Of a stretch of 64,000 nt of DNA, positions 45,780-54,785 are shown piece after piece (the stretch's first letter is position 1; every line of letters starts with the position of its first letter). The notes under the pieces are model-generated. The model searched no databases. It was not told the origin of the DNA and saw only the letters and a list, made by a program, of their open reading frames with translations. A program made the position numbers and the translations under genes. The DNA is from Bacteroidia bacterium (GTDB lineage: Bacteria > Bacteroidota > Bacteroidia > Bacteroidales > CAJPTX01). The DNA lies in assembly GCA_905373475.1 (NCBI GenBank), contig CAJPTC010000001.1:163998-227997 (forward strand), in the 5' to 3' direction.

Positions 45780-46268
45780 CTAAAACATAAAACCTATCGA
45801 AAAGCGTATACAGTGGTAATTGGGGCGTTCTTTGTTCTGTAAGAAAAAGCCCGTATAAGCAATTTCGTAGTAGTCCTCTTTCCCATATCGGAGTCCTAGG
45901 TCTATACCCTCGTATAATGAACCTTTTTCTTCGCTAAGTACAGGCGAGAAATAGCCAAATCCGAAAGAAGGTACAAGCGACATCTGTTCGAGAAAAACAA
46001 CTCGCGAACCTCCATATATTCCTGCGTAAAAACTTCGGAAACCTCTAAAATTGCGAAAACCCTCTATTAGGACATCTTCGGTACCAGTTTTTAGCCCCAG
46101 AGAGAAATTATTGCGTGTATAATCGAAGTTGAGTGCTAGGAACGAAAGTTTAGGGGTTGTAGAATACAGAGTACTCAAGCAGATGTTAAAACGCTGAGCC
46201 GCCAAAGAAAGAGAGAATAGAATTCCAAAAATAGTCAGGAGAAACGATTTGCCAGAGAATGTCATCAC
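45780..46268 (-). CDS. Small outer-membrane beta-barrel protein (hypothetical)
   Basis: 162 aa with a signal peptide (FLLTIFGILFSLSLAAQ), alternating amphipathic strands and a C-terminal aromatic residue (SIGFMF). Its start overlaps the upstream gene's stop by 4 nt. Confidence 0.55.
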   Translation of the reverse strand: MMTFSGKSFLLTIFGILFSLSLAAQRFNICLSTLYSTTPKLSFLALNFDYTRNNFSLGLKTGTEDVLIEGFRNFRGFRSFYAGIYGGSRVVFLEQMSLVPSFGFGYFSPVLSEEKGSLYEGIDLGLRYGKEDYYEIAYTGFFLQNKERPNYHCIRFSIGFMF

Positions 46269-47029
46269 AATAACTTTCCTGCATACCTACTCACTTGTAT
46301 TGCAATCCAGAGATTAAAACCCACGCCGCAAATTGGAACTGAGCCCGCGATAAAACCTCCAGCTGCATCAGCTGCCCCTATAATTAGCCATTCCCACCAC
46401 TCTCTTTTCTTTTGGAAATCATCTTCGAGGTTCACTACGTTTGAGTACTCATGCCAGAAATTCACGGAGTATCGATAAGTGGAAGTCATCGATAAAAGTT
46501 GTTCCTTCTCATATTCAGTCAGAAAGGTCGCAGTACGTATCCCATTATCTACTTCCTTTAAGTAAACAGTTATTTCGTACACGTTATTGAACTTCGCTTC
46601 TCGCGTGCGACGTAGGATTGTAGAAACGCCTTCGCGTACTTTAGCATTCTTGATGGAGTCAACCACAGATGGGTAGCCTTTTGAAAATTCGATTAGACTC
46701 ATCTTTTCACGAACGAATTCCTTTAATGGTTGACCATAAATGACGGGATCATCAACTTCAGTTTCTTCAGTATTGTTCGCAGTGAGCAATTTTTCTAGCC
46801 CCTTATTATGCTCTAGGCCCACATAATCGAACGGGTTAGCATCATTCGCCACAGATAGATCAAACTCGCCCGAATTCTCAGATAATACGGTTTCCACGCT
46901 CGGAATAAGTTCCTCCATCTGAGCACTTATCTCTCTTTCATTGGAGAGTTGTACTTTCTCGCGGTTGCAAGAAAACATGAGCAGTGCCAATACTCCCATT
47001 GTCACTACTGAAATAGTAATCTTATTCAT
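46265..47029 (-). CDS. Hypothetical lipoprotein with C-terminal glycine-zipper hydrophobic segment
   Basis: Start placed at MNKITISVVTMGVLALLMFSC (lipobox). The listed longer ORF to 47353 would overlap rsmE. The C-terminus is WWEWLIIGAADAAGGFIAGSVPICGVGFNLWIAIQV. Confidence 0.55.
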   Translation of the reverse strand: MNKITISVVTMGVLALLMFSCNREKVQLSNEREISAQMEELIPSVETVLSENSGEFDLSVANDANPFDYVGLEHNKGLEKLLTANNTEETEVDDPVIYGQPLKEFVREKMSLIEFSKGYPSVVDSIKNAKVREGVSTILRRTREAKFNNVYEITVYLKEVDNGIRTATFLTEYEKEQLLSMTSTYRYSVNFWHEYSNVVNLEDDFQKKREWWEWLIIGAADAAGGFIAGSVPICGVGFNLWIAIQVSRYAGKLL

Positions 47030-47140
47030 GACAGTGATGTTTATAAAGTTTCTCAAGTAAACGAATGTAGTTGCTGCGAGGTTACCTTTTCTCGCAGTAC
47101 GCTGCATTCTTAAGCCAAAAAACACCACTACCTTTGGCGC

Positions 47141-47851
47141 ATGAACACTTACTATCAAGCCTCTTTGCAAGAGGGCGATAATTGGCTTTCGCCAGAAGAA
47201 GCATTGCATTGCGCACGCTCCCACCGTTCGCGTATTGGCGACGAGGTAGAACTTGTGGATGGTAATGGACACCGAGGTACCGGGAAGATAAAGTCCATTA
47301 CCAAAACAGATGTTGTAGTCTCGGTCTCTGCCGTGGTAGAGGAGGCGCTGCAACCCTGCGAGCGCACCTGGATCTGTGTAGCGCCTACAAAGCAGATGGA
47401 GCGTACGGAATGGTTTCTCGAAAAGGCCGTGGAGGTTGGCGTTGGTCGTGTTAGTTTTTTCTATAGCCAGTATTCCGAACGACGTGCTCTACGCCTCGAT
47501 CGCTTACAACGTATTGTTATAGAAGCATGCAAACAGTGCCGTGCGAGCCGATTTCCGCGCCTAGATGCACCAGTAGGTTATCTTACCCTATTGAAAGAGG
47601 AGTCTTTTGCTTATTCTTTAGCATTTGCACACTATACAACACAACCTTTGCGTTCTTTGAGAGAATTTGCGCTAGAATCTACTCAAGCCGTCAAGTTGAT
47701 CGTAGGACCAGAAGGCGGATTTACAGATGCCGAATACACAGTAGCCTTACACGAAGGTTATGAGGGTGTAGCAATTGGCGCGCGACGTTTACGCACAGAA
47801 ACCGCTGCGCTGGTGGGGTGCGTCGTAATCGGCGAATATTGCAATTGTTAG
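47141..47851 (+). CDS. rsmE: 16S rRNA (uracil1498-N3)-methyltransferase RsmE
   Basis: 236 aa with an N-terminal PUA-like region (HCARSHRSRIGDEVELVDGNG) and SPOUT C-terminal motifs (LIVGPEGGFTDAE, LGARRLRTETAAL). Confidence 0.88.
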   Translation: MNTYYQASLQEGDNWLSPEEALHCARSHRSRIGDEVELVDGNGHRGTGKIKSITKTDVVVSVSAVVEEALQPCERTWICVAPTKQMERTEWFLEKAVEVGVGRVSFFYSQYSERRALRLDRLQRIVIEACKQCRASRFPRLDAPVGYLTLLKEESFAYSLAFAHYTTQPLRSLREFALESTQAVKLIVGPEGGFTDAEYTVALHEGYEGVAIGARRLRTETAALVGCVVIGEYCNC

Positions 47852-47924
47852 TTTACATTCGGAAAATGTAACATTATTCTTTTATTACGGTTTCTATAAT
47901 TAGAAAAGGAAATTTTTGTTAGGA

Positions 47925-48623
47925 ATGTACGGAAGCGAACCACAACTTTTGTTGGTAGAGAAGGACTTGAACTATGGTAACCTGATGAAGGGTTACTTTC
48001 AGGCATTGCACTTCAACGTCGTCATGGTGCTGAGTAGCGAAGATGCTTTTCGGGCTTACGCTGCGCAGCATTTCGATTTTGGGATTATAGAGGTGAACCT
48101 CCCCGACGGGAATGGGCTTTCATTGGTCTCACGTTTACGCGAACGAAATCCGTCGTTTCCCATTATTATAGTCTCCGATCTTACTTCTCAGACTGACGTA
48201 TTGAACGGTTTGCGAAGCGGTGCCGATGAATATATCAAAAAACCATTTGACTCCGAAGAACTTACACTTCGTGTCTATGCACTGCTCCGCTTAGCATACC
48301 CTGTACATCATTTTTCCAATACGCCAGATACGTTCGAGATAGGCTCTTTCACCTTTGATGTTGTGCACCAGACGTTGCAGCGTCCAGGTGCTCCCGAGAT
48401 CCGTCTTACGGCAAAGGAATCGGAGCTATTGCGTCAGCTTGCTTTGCACAAAAACAATGTGCTCCCACGTGAGTATGCTCTTAAAACAGTTTGGGAGGAG
48501 TTTAGTACGTTCAATGCGCGTAGCATGGATGTCTATATTACCAAGTTGCGAAAGTTATTGCACGACGATCCGAACGTAGAGATACTTAACGTGCGCGGTA
48601 AAGGCTTCAAGCTTGTTGTGTAG
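47925..48623 (+). CDS. OmpR/PhoB-type response regulator, atypical receiver (Glu at the phospho-acceptor position)
   Basis: Receiver plus winged-helix output (MDVYITKLRKLL...VRGKGFKL). Where canonical receivers have LLD-x-x-LP, this one has IIEVNLPDGNG (E56, codon GAG at 48090-48092). The N-terminal acidic pair is LVEKD instead of LVEDD. The conserved S/T (IIVSD) and K (YIKKPF) are retained. Confidence 0.8.
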   Translation: MYGSEPQLLLVEKDLNYGNLMKGYFQALHFNVVMVLSSEDAFRAYAAQHFDFGIIEVNLPDGNGLSLVSRLRERNPSFPIIIVSDLTSQTDVLNGLRSGADEYIKKPFDSEELTLRVYALLRLAYPVHHFSNTPDTFEIGSFTFDVVHQTLQRPGAPEIRLTAKESELLRQLALHKNNVLPREYALKTVWEEFSTFNARSMDVYITKLRKLLHDDPNVEILNVRGKGFKLVV

Positions 48624-48676
48624 CAAGCTTAGGCTTTCAATAATTTGTTACCTTTGAAAGTCTAAAAGAATGAGCT

Positions 48677-49090
48677 ATGGGGGTTGGCGAGGTTGATGGG
48701 CAGACGTCTCTGGGCGATTTGCAAATTGAGGGTACTACCGAAACGCTAGGGATCGATTTGTGTGCGAGCACGGGACGCATGTCTTTCAGTGGTGTTTCTA
48801 TTTGCAGTAACGCACAAGCGGTTTACAAGGGGTGCTTGGACTGGCTTAGGGAGTATGCGCATGCTCCTGCCCAACAAACTCATGTTCTTTTCACATTGAA
48901 GTATTACAACACTTCGACATCGAAGGTAATACTTGAGATCCTTCAGATTCTAGAATCTATTCTCCGTGCAGGCGGCGAAGTCCTTGTGGAGTGGAAGTTC
49001 CGCGCTGAGGATATGGATATGGAGGATGCAGGCGCAGAATTCTCTGAGAACACGATGATACCTTTTCAGCTAGAGGAGGTGAAGGAGTAA
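48677..49090 (+). CDS. DUF1987 / SiaC-like regulatory protein
   Basis: 137 aa. The pattern LQIEG..., AVYKGCLDWLREY, FTLKYYNTSTSKVILEILQILE, VEWKFRAEDMDMEDAGAEF and IPFQL matches the DUF1987 family layout. Confidence 0.7.
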   Translation: MGVGEVDGQTSLGDLQIEGTTETLGIDLCASTGRMSFSGVSICSNAQAVYKGCLDWLREYAHAPAQQTHVLFTLKYYNTSTSKVILEILQILESILRAGGEVLVEWKFRAEDMDMEDAGAEFSENTMIPFQLEEVKE

Positions 49091-49154
49091 CCCTGTGCTT
49101 CAGACTTAACGAATTGTAGAAAAAGGTTTTACTAGATAATACGAGGGTAGAAAG

Positions 49155-50387
49155 ATGGCAGGTTTGTCCGCACAACGTGTTCGTATTCTTCGTCTATTGG
49201 GTCGCATGCCTAGTGTGCAGAGAATTGAAGCTCGGCGCAATGCGTTGCGTCGCGAGTTCGAACGTTACCAAAAGTTTGCTGCGTCGCCCGAGTATGCGCG
49301 CTACCAAGAGCTACAGCGCTACCAGGAGTCTGGAGTGCCCGAACAGGAGCGCATTCGCTGCCAAGAGGAGGTATATGAGGGGTCGCAAGAGGGTAACGAA
49401 CTAGACGAATACAATGCGCTTAAGAAGACCAAGGAGGTAAAACTTGCGCTTCGTGGGCAAGGAGAGCAGAACAGCGCTGCTTTCCGTCGTTTTCAAGAAT
49501 TGCAAAAACACGTTGAGACGCCAGCGTTCGCAGAACGCATTGCCTACCTGCGCGATAAGAATAAGTTCCGTCGTACAGAGGCTTACGCTAAACTACAGGA
49601 GTTGAAAGTTCTTGGTAAGTCGCGCGAATTGCAGTGGTATTTGTCGCACGAAGCAAAAGGGACATTTGCCGAATTGGTGCGCGAACGCGTATTATTTTTT
49701 GATGATTTTACTGCTAGCGCCCTTGACAAGAAAGTATGGTTGCCGCGCTTCTTTTGGGGCGAGGCATTAGTAGGACGCGGTTATTCGTTTATAGGCGATC
49801 CGCATTGCTACACCGAGGGAGATAATTTGACGCTTGGTAATAGTGCCTTGGTAATTGAAACCAGACCCGAAGCACGAAAGGCTTTGGCGTGGGATAAGGA
49901 ATTAGGTTTCCTGCCCGCAGATTTCTCTTACACCTCGGGGCTTATTTGCTCAGGTCAGAGCTTTCGCATGCAAGAAGGGCGTCTGGAGGTAAAACTCCGC
50001 ATAAAGAGTGTACCAGGTGTGTATCATGCGCTTTATCTGGCAGGTGAGACGCGTGCTCCGCAGATTGATATCTTCCGTACCACGTCGGGAAAGAAGGTGG
50101 CGTTAATGAGTGGTGTTACTCGCAATGAGGTAAATTCGCTTAACGCAGCAGACGGCGTAGGAGCACTCCCCTCGGGCGAAGATTATTTTTTGCTCCGTTT
50201 TGATTGGGAAGGTACTACGTTGCGTTGGAGTATCAACGATACGCCGTACATGACGATGGAGAATGTAAAAGGACTGGATATGCCTATGTATCTGGTCTTT
50301 GCCAGTGGCGTTGAACCTAGTGCAGCCCCCACAGGAGTGGCACAGATGGCGATAGACTGGGTACGGTGTACGTCGTACAATAAATAG
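49155..50387 (+). CDS. Hypothetical protein: N-terminal helical repeats plus C-terminal GH16-like beta-jelly-roll lacking catalytic Glu residues
   Basis: 410 aa. The N-terminal half has repeated (Y/F)xR(Y/F)QELQ units. The C-terminal half aligns by eye to the GH16 core (SGLICSGQSFRMQEGRLEVKLRI, GVYHALYLAG, LRFDWEGTTLRWSIND). The ExDxxE site reads QIDIFR. Confidence 0.45.
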   Translation: MAGLSAQRVRILRLLGRMPSVQRIEARRNALRREFERYQKFAASPEYARYQELQRYQESGVPEQERIRCQEEVYEGSQEGNELDEYNALKKTKEVKLALRGQGEQNSAAFRRFQELQKHVETPAFAERIAYLRDKNKFRRTEAYAKLQELKVLGKSRELQWYLSHEAKGTFAELVRERVLFFDDFTASALDKKVWLPRFFWGEALVGRGYSFIGDPHCYTEGDNLTLGNSALVIETRPEARKALAWDKELGFLPADFSYTSGLICSGQSFRMQEGRLEVKLRIKSVPGVYHALYLAGETRAPQIDIFRTTSGKKVALMSGVTRNEVNSLNAADGVGALPSGEDYFLLRFDWEGTTLRWSINDTPYMTMENVKGLDMPMYLVFASGVEPSAAPTGVAQMAIDWVRCTSYNK

Positions 50388-50490
50388 CGCGTGCGTCTAT
50401 TGGGAATTCGGCTTTATCTAAGAGCGAATTTACCCGATTGGGTTTGTAGAACCACGATACGTTCGTAGTAACGGGAGGCTGCTCCGTAGT

Positions 50491-51378
50491 ATGGAGGTTG
50501 CTGTTTTTGGTTGGGGCGTGAGCCACGAAAATTTCGATGCGCTAGCGGCTCTTTTAGAGCGTCTGCATGCTCGCGAATGGAAGGTGTGGGTTTATGACAA
50601 TATGCTGCAAAGTCTGCGTTCGCAGTTTGGTTATGTCCCCAGTTTTGTACACCCATACTCGTTGCGTGAAGAGCTCCCCAACAGTCTCGATTTTCTTTTT
50701 AGCATAGGTGGCGATGGCACAATTCTCGATGCCGCGCAATACATTTTGGGGAGCAATGTACCGATTGTAGGTATAAACTTCGGGCATTTGGGCTTTCTTT
50801 CCTCAATTCAAGCGGCGGCATTGGCGCACATTGAGGAGTTGCTCGAGAGTGGCTATTATGCCATAGAACGTTTTCCCACGGCGCAGGCTCAAATAAGCCG
50901 CGAAGGACAGATTCTTCCCTTCCATTATGCCCTAAACGATATCACCGTACAGAAGAGTGGTAAATCTATGCTCATTGTTAATATGAGCATTGATGGTACT
51001 TTCCTCTGTACCTATTGGAGCGATGGGGTAATAGTCAGTACGCCTACGGGTAGCACTGCTTATAGTTTAAGCGTTGGAGGACCCATTGTATCGCCTTTAG
51101 CTCATGTGTTGCTTCTTTCTCCCATATCGCCACATAGTTTGTATACTCGTTCGTTGGTTTTGGCAGACAGCTCCGAAATACACATGCGTGTACGCTGCCG
51201 CGATAAAGAAGTACCTCTAATTGTGGGTATAGATGCCCAAGAATATCAATTCAAAGGTACGATAGATGTTCGAGTAACGAGGAGTCCTATTGAGGTGTTT
51301 TTAGTCCGTTTTCGCGAGAAAAATTTTTATACGGCACTTCGCGAGAAATTGGGGTGGGGCAACGATCCGAGAAACTAA
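50491..51378 (+). CDS. nadK: NAD+ kinase
   Basis: GGDGTILD, NDITV and STPTGSTAYSLSVGGPIVSP motifs. Confidence 0.92.
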   Translation: MEVAVFGWGVSHENFDALAALLERLHAREWKVWVYDNMLQSLRSQFGYVPSFVHPYSLREELPNSLDFLFSIGGDGTILDAAQYILGSNVPIVGINFGHLGFLSSIQAAALAHIEELLESGYYAIERFPTAQAQISREGQILPFHYALNDITVQKSGKSMLIVNMSIDGTFLCTYWSDGVIVSTPTGSTAYSLSVGGPIVSPLAHVLLLSPISPHSLYTRSLVLADSSEIHMRVRCRDKEVPLIVGIDAQEYQFKGTIDVRVTRSPIEVFLVRFREKNFYTALREKLGWGNDPRN

Positions 51379-51480
51379 TAGGAGGTTTGCCTAAAAGAGG
51401 AGAACGGGTTCTCTGTATGTTGCTATTCTTAGCGTAACGCCTAGCAGAATGCTTTCTAAAATTTGAGTATAGGCAGTAAA

Positions 51481-51512
51481 AAGCGGCACAACCGTTAGGT
51501 TATGCCGCTTTT
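51481..51512. terminator. Bidirectional hairpin terminator between convergent nadK and ftcD
   Basis: AAAAGCGGCA...TGCCGCTTTT, with stem GCGGCA (51483-51488) pairing with TGCCGC (51503-51508). It is flanked by an A-run and a T-run. Confidence 0.6.
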
Positions 51513-51543
51513 CTAATTTACTCAAATGTGACACAAGAGGCGC

Positions 51544-53238
51544 TTACTTGTTGATTTTCGTGTCGGCAATTGCCAAAATTTTTGCTTCGCGCTCTTCTGC
51601 AAGTTTACAAAGCTTTTCGCCCTCTGCAATAAATTTTGCTACTCGTCCTTTGTCTTCTAGCCCCGCCGCATTGATGCGCACGTTGAGGAATGCACCGCGT
51701 ACGCCTGCGCGTGCCGCAAGTGCCCCTACGGCAGCGTCGGTTACTGAGTTCGGATTTCCGATCTCTGCCATTGCCTCAGCTACTTCCATAGAATCGTAGC
51801 ATAGTTGCATTACTTGTGCGGGCACTTCAGTTGCATACAGCGTAGCGGCTTGAATAGCCTCCTTACGTGCAGCCTTTTCAGCATCTGATCCTTTGGGAAG
51901 ACCGAGAGCATCCATAATCTTGTTGAATGCATTCGTATCTTCGTCGATCAGGTGTACGAGTTGCTCTTGATAATGCTTCCCTTTTTCTGCCCAGTCGGAG
52001 AATTCTTTCCAACGCTCATCCCAACCTGGTTTGTGTGCTGAGAGGTTTGCTACCATTGTACCCAGCGCTACGCCCATTGCGCCCATTGTGGCCGAGATAC
52101 TTCCACCGCCTGGTGCAGGAGATTCCGATGCGGTTTCCTCTACAAAACCCTTCACCGTAAGGTCTACAAGCTTCTTCTTTGAGTCGTCTTCCAGAATGTA
52201 TTCAATGATCTTTTTCTTCGGATCAAACGGATAGAGTTCGTCTAATCCCATAGATTTTACGGCAATCTTGATGATCTCTTCATCGGAGATACCCGCAGAG
52301 CGCTCCTGTTTGGCTAGGAAGTACTTCCCCGCATCCAGTATTGCTTTGAGCGGCACAACCCCTACAAGTTCCGAACCTGTAACACGAACACCACGGGCAT
52401 CTGCCTTTTTCACACACTCCTCAAAGGCAACATGCAATGGTGTAACATCTATGTTTGTGAGGTTGATAGACACTTGTGCTATGCCGAATTCTTCGATGTA
52501 CCAACCAATGGCTTTGCAAGCTTTGAGAGACCCTGGTTGCATCACGACCTTCCCATTCGCATCGAGTTTTTTCTTTCCCGTGATAGGGTTGCCTTCCCGT
52601 ACGGGGCGACCTTTTTCTCGAATATCAAACGCAATAGCATTCGCGCGGCGCGTAGAGGTGCTATTCAGGTTTACATTGTAGGCTACTAGGAAGTTGCGTG
52701 CTCCTACCGCCGTAGCGCCCGATTTAGCATTGAACTTTGCAGGCCCGAAGTCTGGTTTCCACTCCTCGCTAGTTACGCGTTGTGGCAATGCTTCGTACTC
52801 ACCTGCACGGCAGGCTGCCAGATTCCTCCGTTCGGGTTTGAAAGCCGCATTTTCATAGCAGTAGACTGAGATGCCGAGTTCGTTGCCGATACGTTTCGCT
52901 AGTTTGCGCGCGTATTCTACCGTTTCTTCCATCGTGATGTTTGATACGGGTACTAGCGGACATACGTCCGTAGCGCCGAAACGCGGATGTGCGCCGTGAT
53001 GTTTGCTCATATCGATGAGTTCTGCAGCGCGTTTTACTGCGCGAAAGGCAGCCTCGCAAACCTCGTCGGGAGTTCCCACCATAGTTACAACCGTGCGGTT
53101 TGTCGCCTTGCCTGGATCAACATCTATGAGACGTACGCCTTCCACGGTCTGGATCTCGGCGGTTATCTGATTGATAATGTTCATGTCGCGCCCTTCACTG
53201 AAGTTGGGGACGCATTCAATAAGCTTTTGTAGTGCCAT
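51544..53238 (-). CDS. ftcD: Bifunctional glutamate formimidoyltransferase / formimidoyltetrahydrofolate cyclodeaminase
   Basis: 564 aa. N-terminus ECVPNFSEGR and HPRFGATDVCPLVP (transferase domain), plus a C-terminal cyclodeaminase helical domain (APGGGSISATMGAMG). Confidence 0.92.
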   Translation of the reverse strand: MALQKLIECVPNFSEGRDMNIINQITAEIQTVEGVRLIDVDPGKATNRTVVTMVGTPDEVCEAAFRAVKRAAELIDMSKHHGAHPRFGATDVCPLVPVSNITMEETVEYARKLAKRIGNELGISVYCYENAAFKPERRNLAACRAGEYEALPQRVTSEEWKPDFGPAKFNAKSGATAVGARNFLVAYNVNLNSTSTRRANAIAFDIREKGRPVREGNPITGKKKLDANGKVVMQPGSLKACKAIGWYIEEFGIAQVSINLTNIDVTPLHVAFEECVKKADARGVRVTGSELVGVVPLKAILDAGKYFLAKQERSAGISDEEIIKIAVKSMGLDELYPFDPKKKIIEYILEDDSKKKLVDLTVKGFVEETASESPAPGGGSISATMGAMGVALGTMVANLSAHKPGWDERWKEFSDWAEKGKHYQEQLVHLIDEDTNAFNKIMDALGLPKGSDAEKAARKEAIQAATLYATEVPAQVMQLCYDSMEVAEAMAEIGNPNSVTDAAVGALAARAGVRGAFLNVRINAAGLEDKGRVAKFIAEGEKLCKLAEEREAKILAIADTKINK

Positions 53239-53266
53239 AATAGAACACAGTTATTTATACTCTCTA

Positions 53267-53274
53267 CAAAAGTA
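53267..53274 (-). promoter_or_regulatory. Candidate -7 promoter box (TACTTTTG on the minus strand) for ftcD
   Basis: Exact TAnnTTTG match 29 nt upstream of the ftcD ATG (53238). Confidence 0.4.
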
Positions 53275-53396
53275 GTCAGAAAAGCTAAGCTACGAACCGT
53301 AGGCAGTTTGCGAACGTTGCTATTCAACGTTTTCTGTTTGTGTATTACGCTACTCCACAAAAAAAATGAACGGCGGTTATAGCGCTTTCGTCGTAA

Positions 53397-53594
53397 GTTA
53401 AGCGTTGTGCGAAGGAGGGGACAATTGTAATCAAGAAAATGCGGATTGCGCATTTAACGGGCGAGTCACGCTTCGTCCCTACAAACGTTCATATATTGCT
53501 AATCGAACAAAACGGGTGTTGCGGACAGCGCGCTCTACAACAACTGCGCATTTAACGGGGAGGTGCGTTTTGCTTAGCAAAATTGACATTCAAT
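53397..53594. repeat. Left copy of the direct repeat bracketing fic (interrupted by a ~98-bp insert)
   Basis: 53397-53456 matches 54943-55002 and 53562-53594 matches 55003-55035. The intervening segment is bounded by a 15-bp duplication, TGCGCATTTAACGGG, at 53447-53461 and 53545-53559. Confidence 0.85.
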
Positions 53595-53607
53595 GCCTCC
53601 TCTCTAC

Positions 53608-54744
53608 CTACTGAAACAAATCAAGATAACGCTCAAAAACAAAAAGGCGATTACGGCTTTGCTTGGTTGTCTCGATCAGAATTTCGCTTGTCTGCATCTT
53701 GCGTACCAGTTCACCTGCGGCCTTAATAGAAAGACTGCAGGTTTTAGCGGCAGTTTCTATAGTGAGCGTTGGTTGCTGGAAGAGGTATTGTAATAAGTTC
53801 AATGCACTACTGCTCCGTTTCCCATACGAGGCACGTATTTCCGTTTCAATGGTAGTTTTTAACTGTAAAATCTGATTGAGCGTATCAACTGCTAAGGTTG
53901 CCGTTTGTTCTATACCTACAAGGAAATACTTTACCCATTGTAACATATCGTTTTTTGCACGTACATTGTTCAAGTTATCGTAGTAAAGCTCTTTGTTCTT
54001 CTCGAAGTAACTCGACATGTAGAGTAAAGGCTGATCCAAGATATGTTGCTCAACAAGGAAGAGTGTTATAAGCAAGCGCCCCATTCGCCCATTACCATCA
54101 AGAAAAGGATGTATGGTTTCAAACTGATAGTGAGCAATGGCAATTTTGATAAGCGCAGGTACGACGCAGTTTGCATCATTTAGAAACTTTTCTAAATCGC
54201 TCATTAACGCTCCTAACAAATCGGCGTGCGGTGGGATGTATCGTGCATCGGCAAGCGAATTTCCTCCAATCCAGTTCTGGCTGGTACGGAATGTGCCTGG
54301 ATGCTTATGTTCTCCGCGTACGCTGTTTAACAGTGATCGGTGAGTGTTTTTTATCAGTCGAGAGGAAATAGGTAGCTCTTTTAGGCTCTCTATAGCCTCG
54401 TTCATTGCCGTAATGTAATTGTTTACCTCCCGCCAGTCGTCGCGTCTTTCAGGGTTGATCTCGGTCTCTGGTAGCAGTGCTTCATCCATTTGTGTTTTCG
54501 TTCCCTCAATACGACTGGATATTACAGCTTCCTTGGTTACATGTAGCCTAATAAATAGTGCTATGTTGGGAACTAATCGCGCAAACGAGTTCAGCTCTCC
54601 TAGTTTAATGGCTGCAGCCTCGAGCAGCGTATTCACGGAAGCAGTCTTCCAGCTCCATTCATCGTATATGTTGCTAGGAACAAAATATTTATATCCCACA
54701 CCTTGCTCCAAGTGTCCCGCTTGGAATTCCTCTAAGAGAATCAT
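53608..54744 (-). CDS. fic: Fic-family protein (class II, probable AMPylase) with C-terminal winged-helix-like region
   Basis: The HPFLDGNGRMGRLL motif is an intact HxFx(D/E)GNGRxxR. The N-terminal inhibitory-helix motif SSRIEG fits (S/T)xxxE(G/N). 378 aa, and AT-rich by eye. Confidence 0.9.
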   Translation of the reverse strand: MILLEEFQAGHLEQGVGYKYFVPSNIYDEWSWKTASVNTLLEAAAIKLGELNSFARLVPNIALFIRLHVTKEAVISSRIEGTKTQMDEALLPETEINPERRDDWREVNNYITAMNEAIESLKELPISSRLIKNTHRSLLNSVRGEHKHPGTFRTSQNWIGGNSLADARYIPPHADLLGALMSDLEKFLNDANCVVPALIKIAIAHYQFETIHPFLDGNGRMGRLLITLFLVEQHILDQPLLYMSSYFEKNKELYYDNLNNVRAKNDMLQWVKYFLVGIEQTATLAVDTLNQILQLKTTIETEIRASYGKRSSSALNLLQYLFQQPTLTIETAAKTCSLSIKAAGELVRKMQTSEILIETTKQSRNRLFVFERYLDLFQ

Positions 54745-54762
54745 TGCATACCTTGTTTACTA

Positions 54763-54770
54763 CAAAGGTA
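54763..54770 (-). promoter_or_regulatory. Candidate -7 promoter box (TACCTTTG on the minus strand) for fic
   Basis: Exact TAnnTTTG match 18 nt upstream of the fic ATG (54744). Confidence 0.4.
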
Positions 54771-54785
54771 CAATATAAGTGCTTC

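Noticed and set aside
47030-47353. Listed 362-aa version of the lipoprotein ORF (46265..47353).
   Set aside because: The extra 108 codons overlap the rsmE start on the opposite strand and precede a perfect lipoprotein signal sequence that begins at the ATG at 47029.
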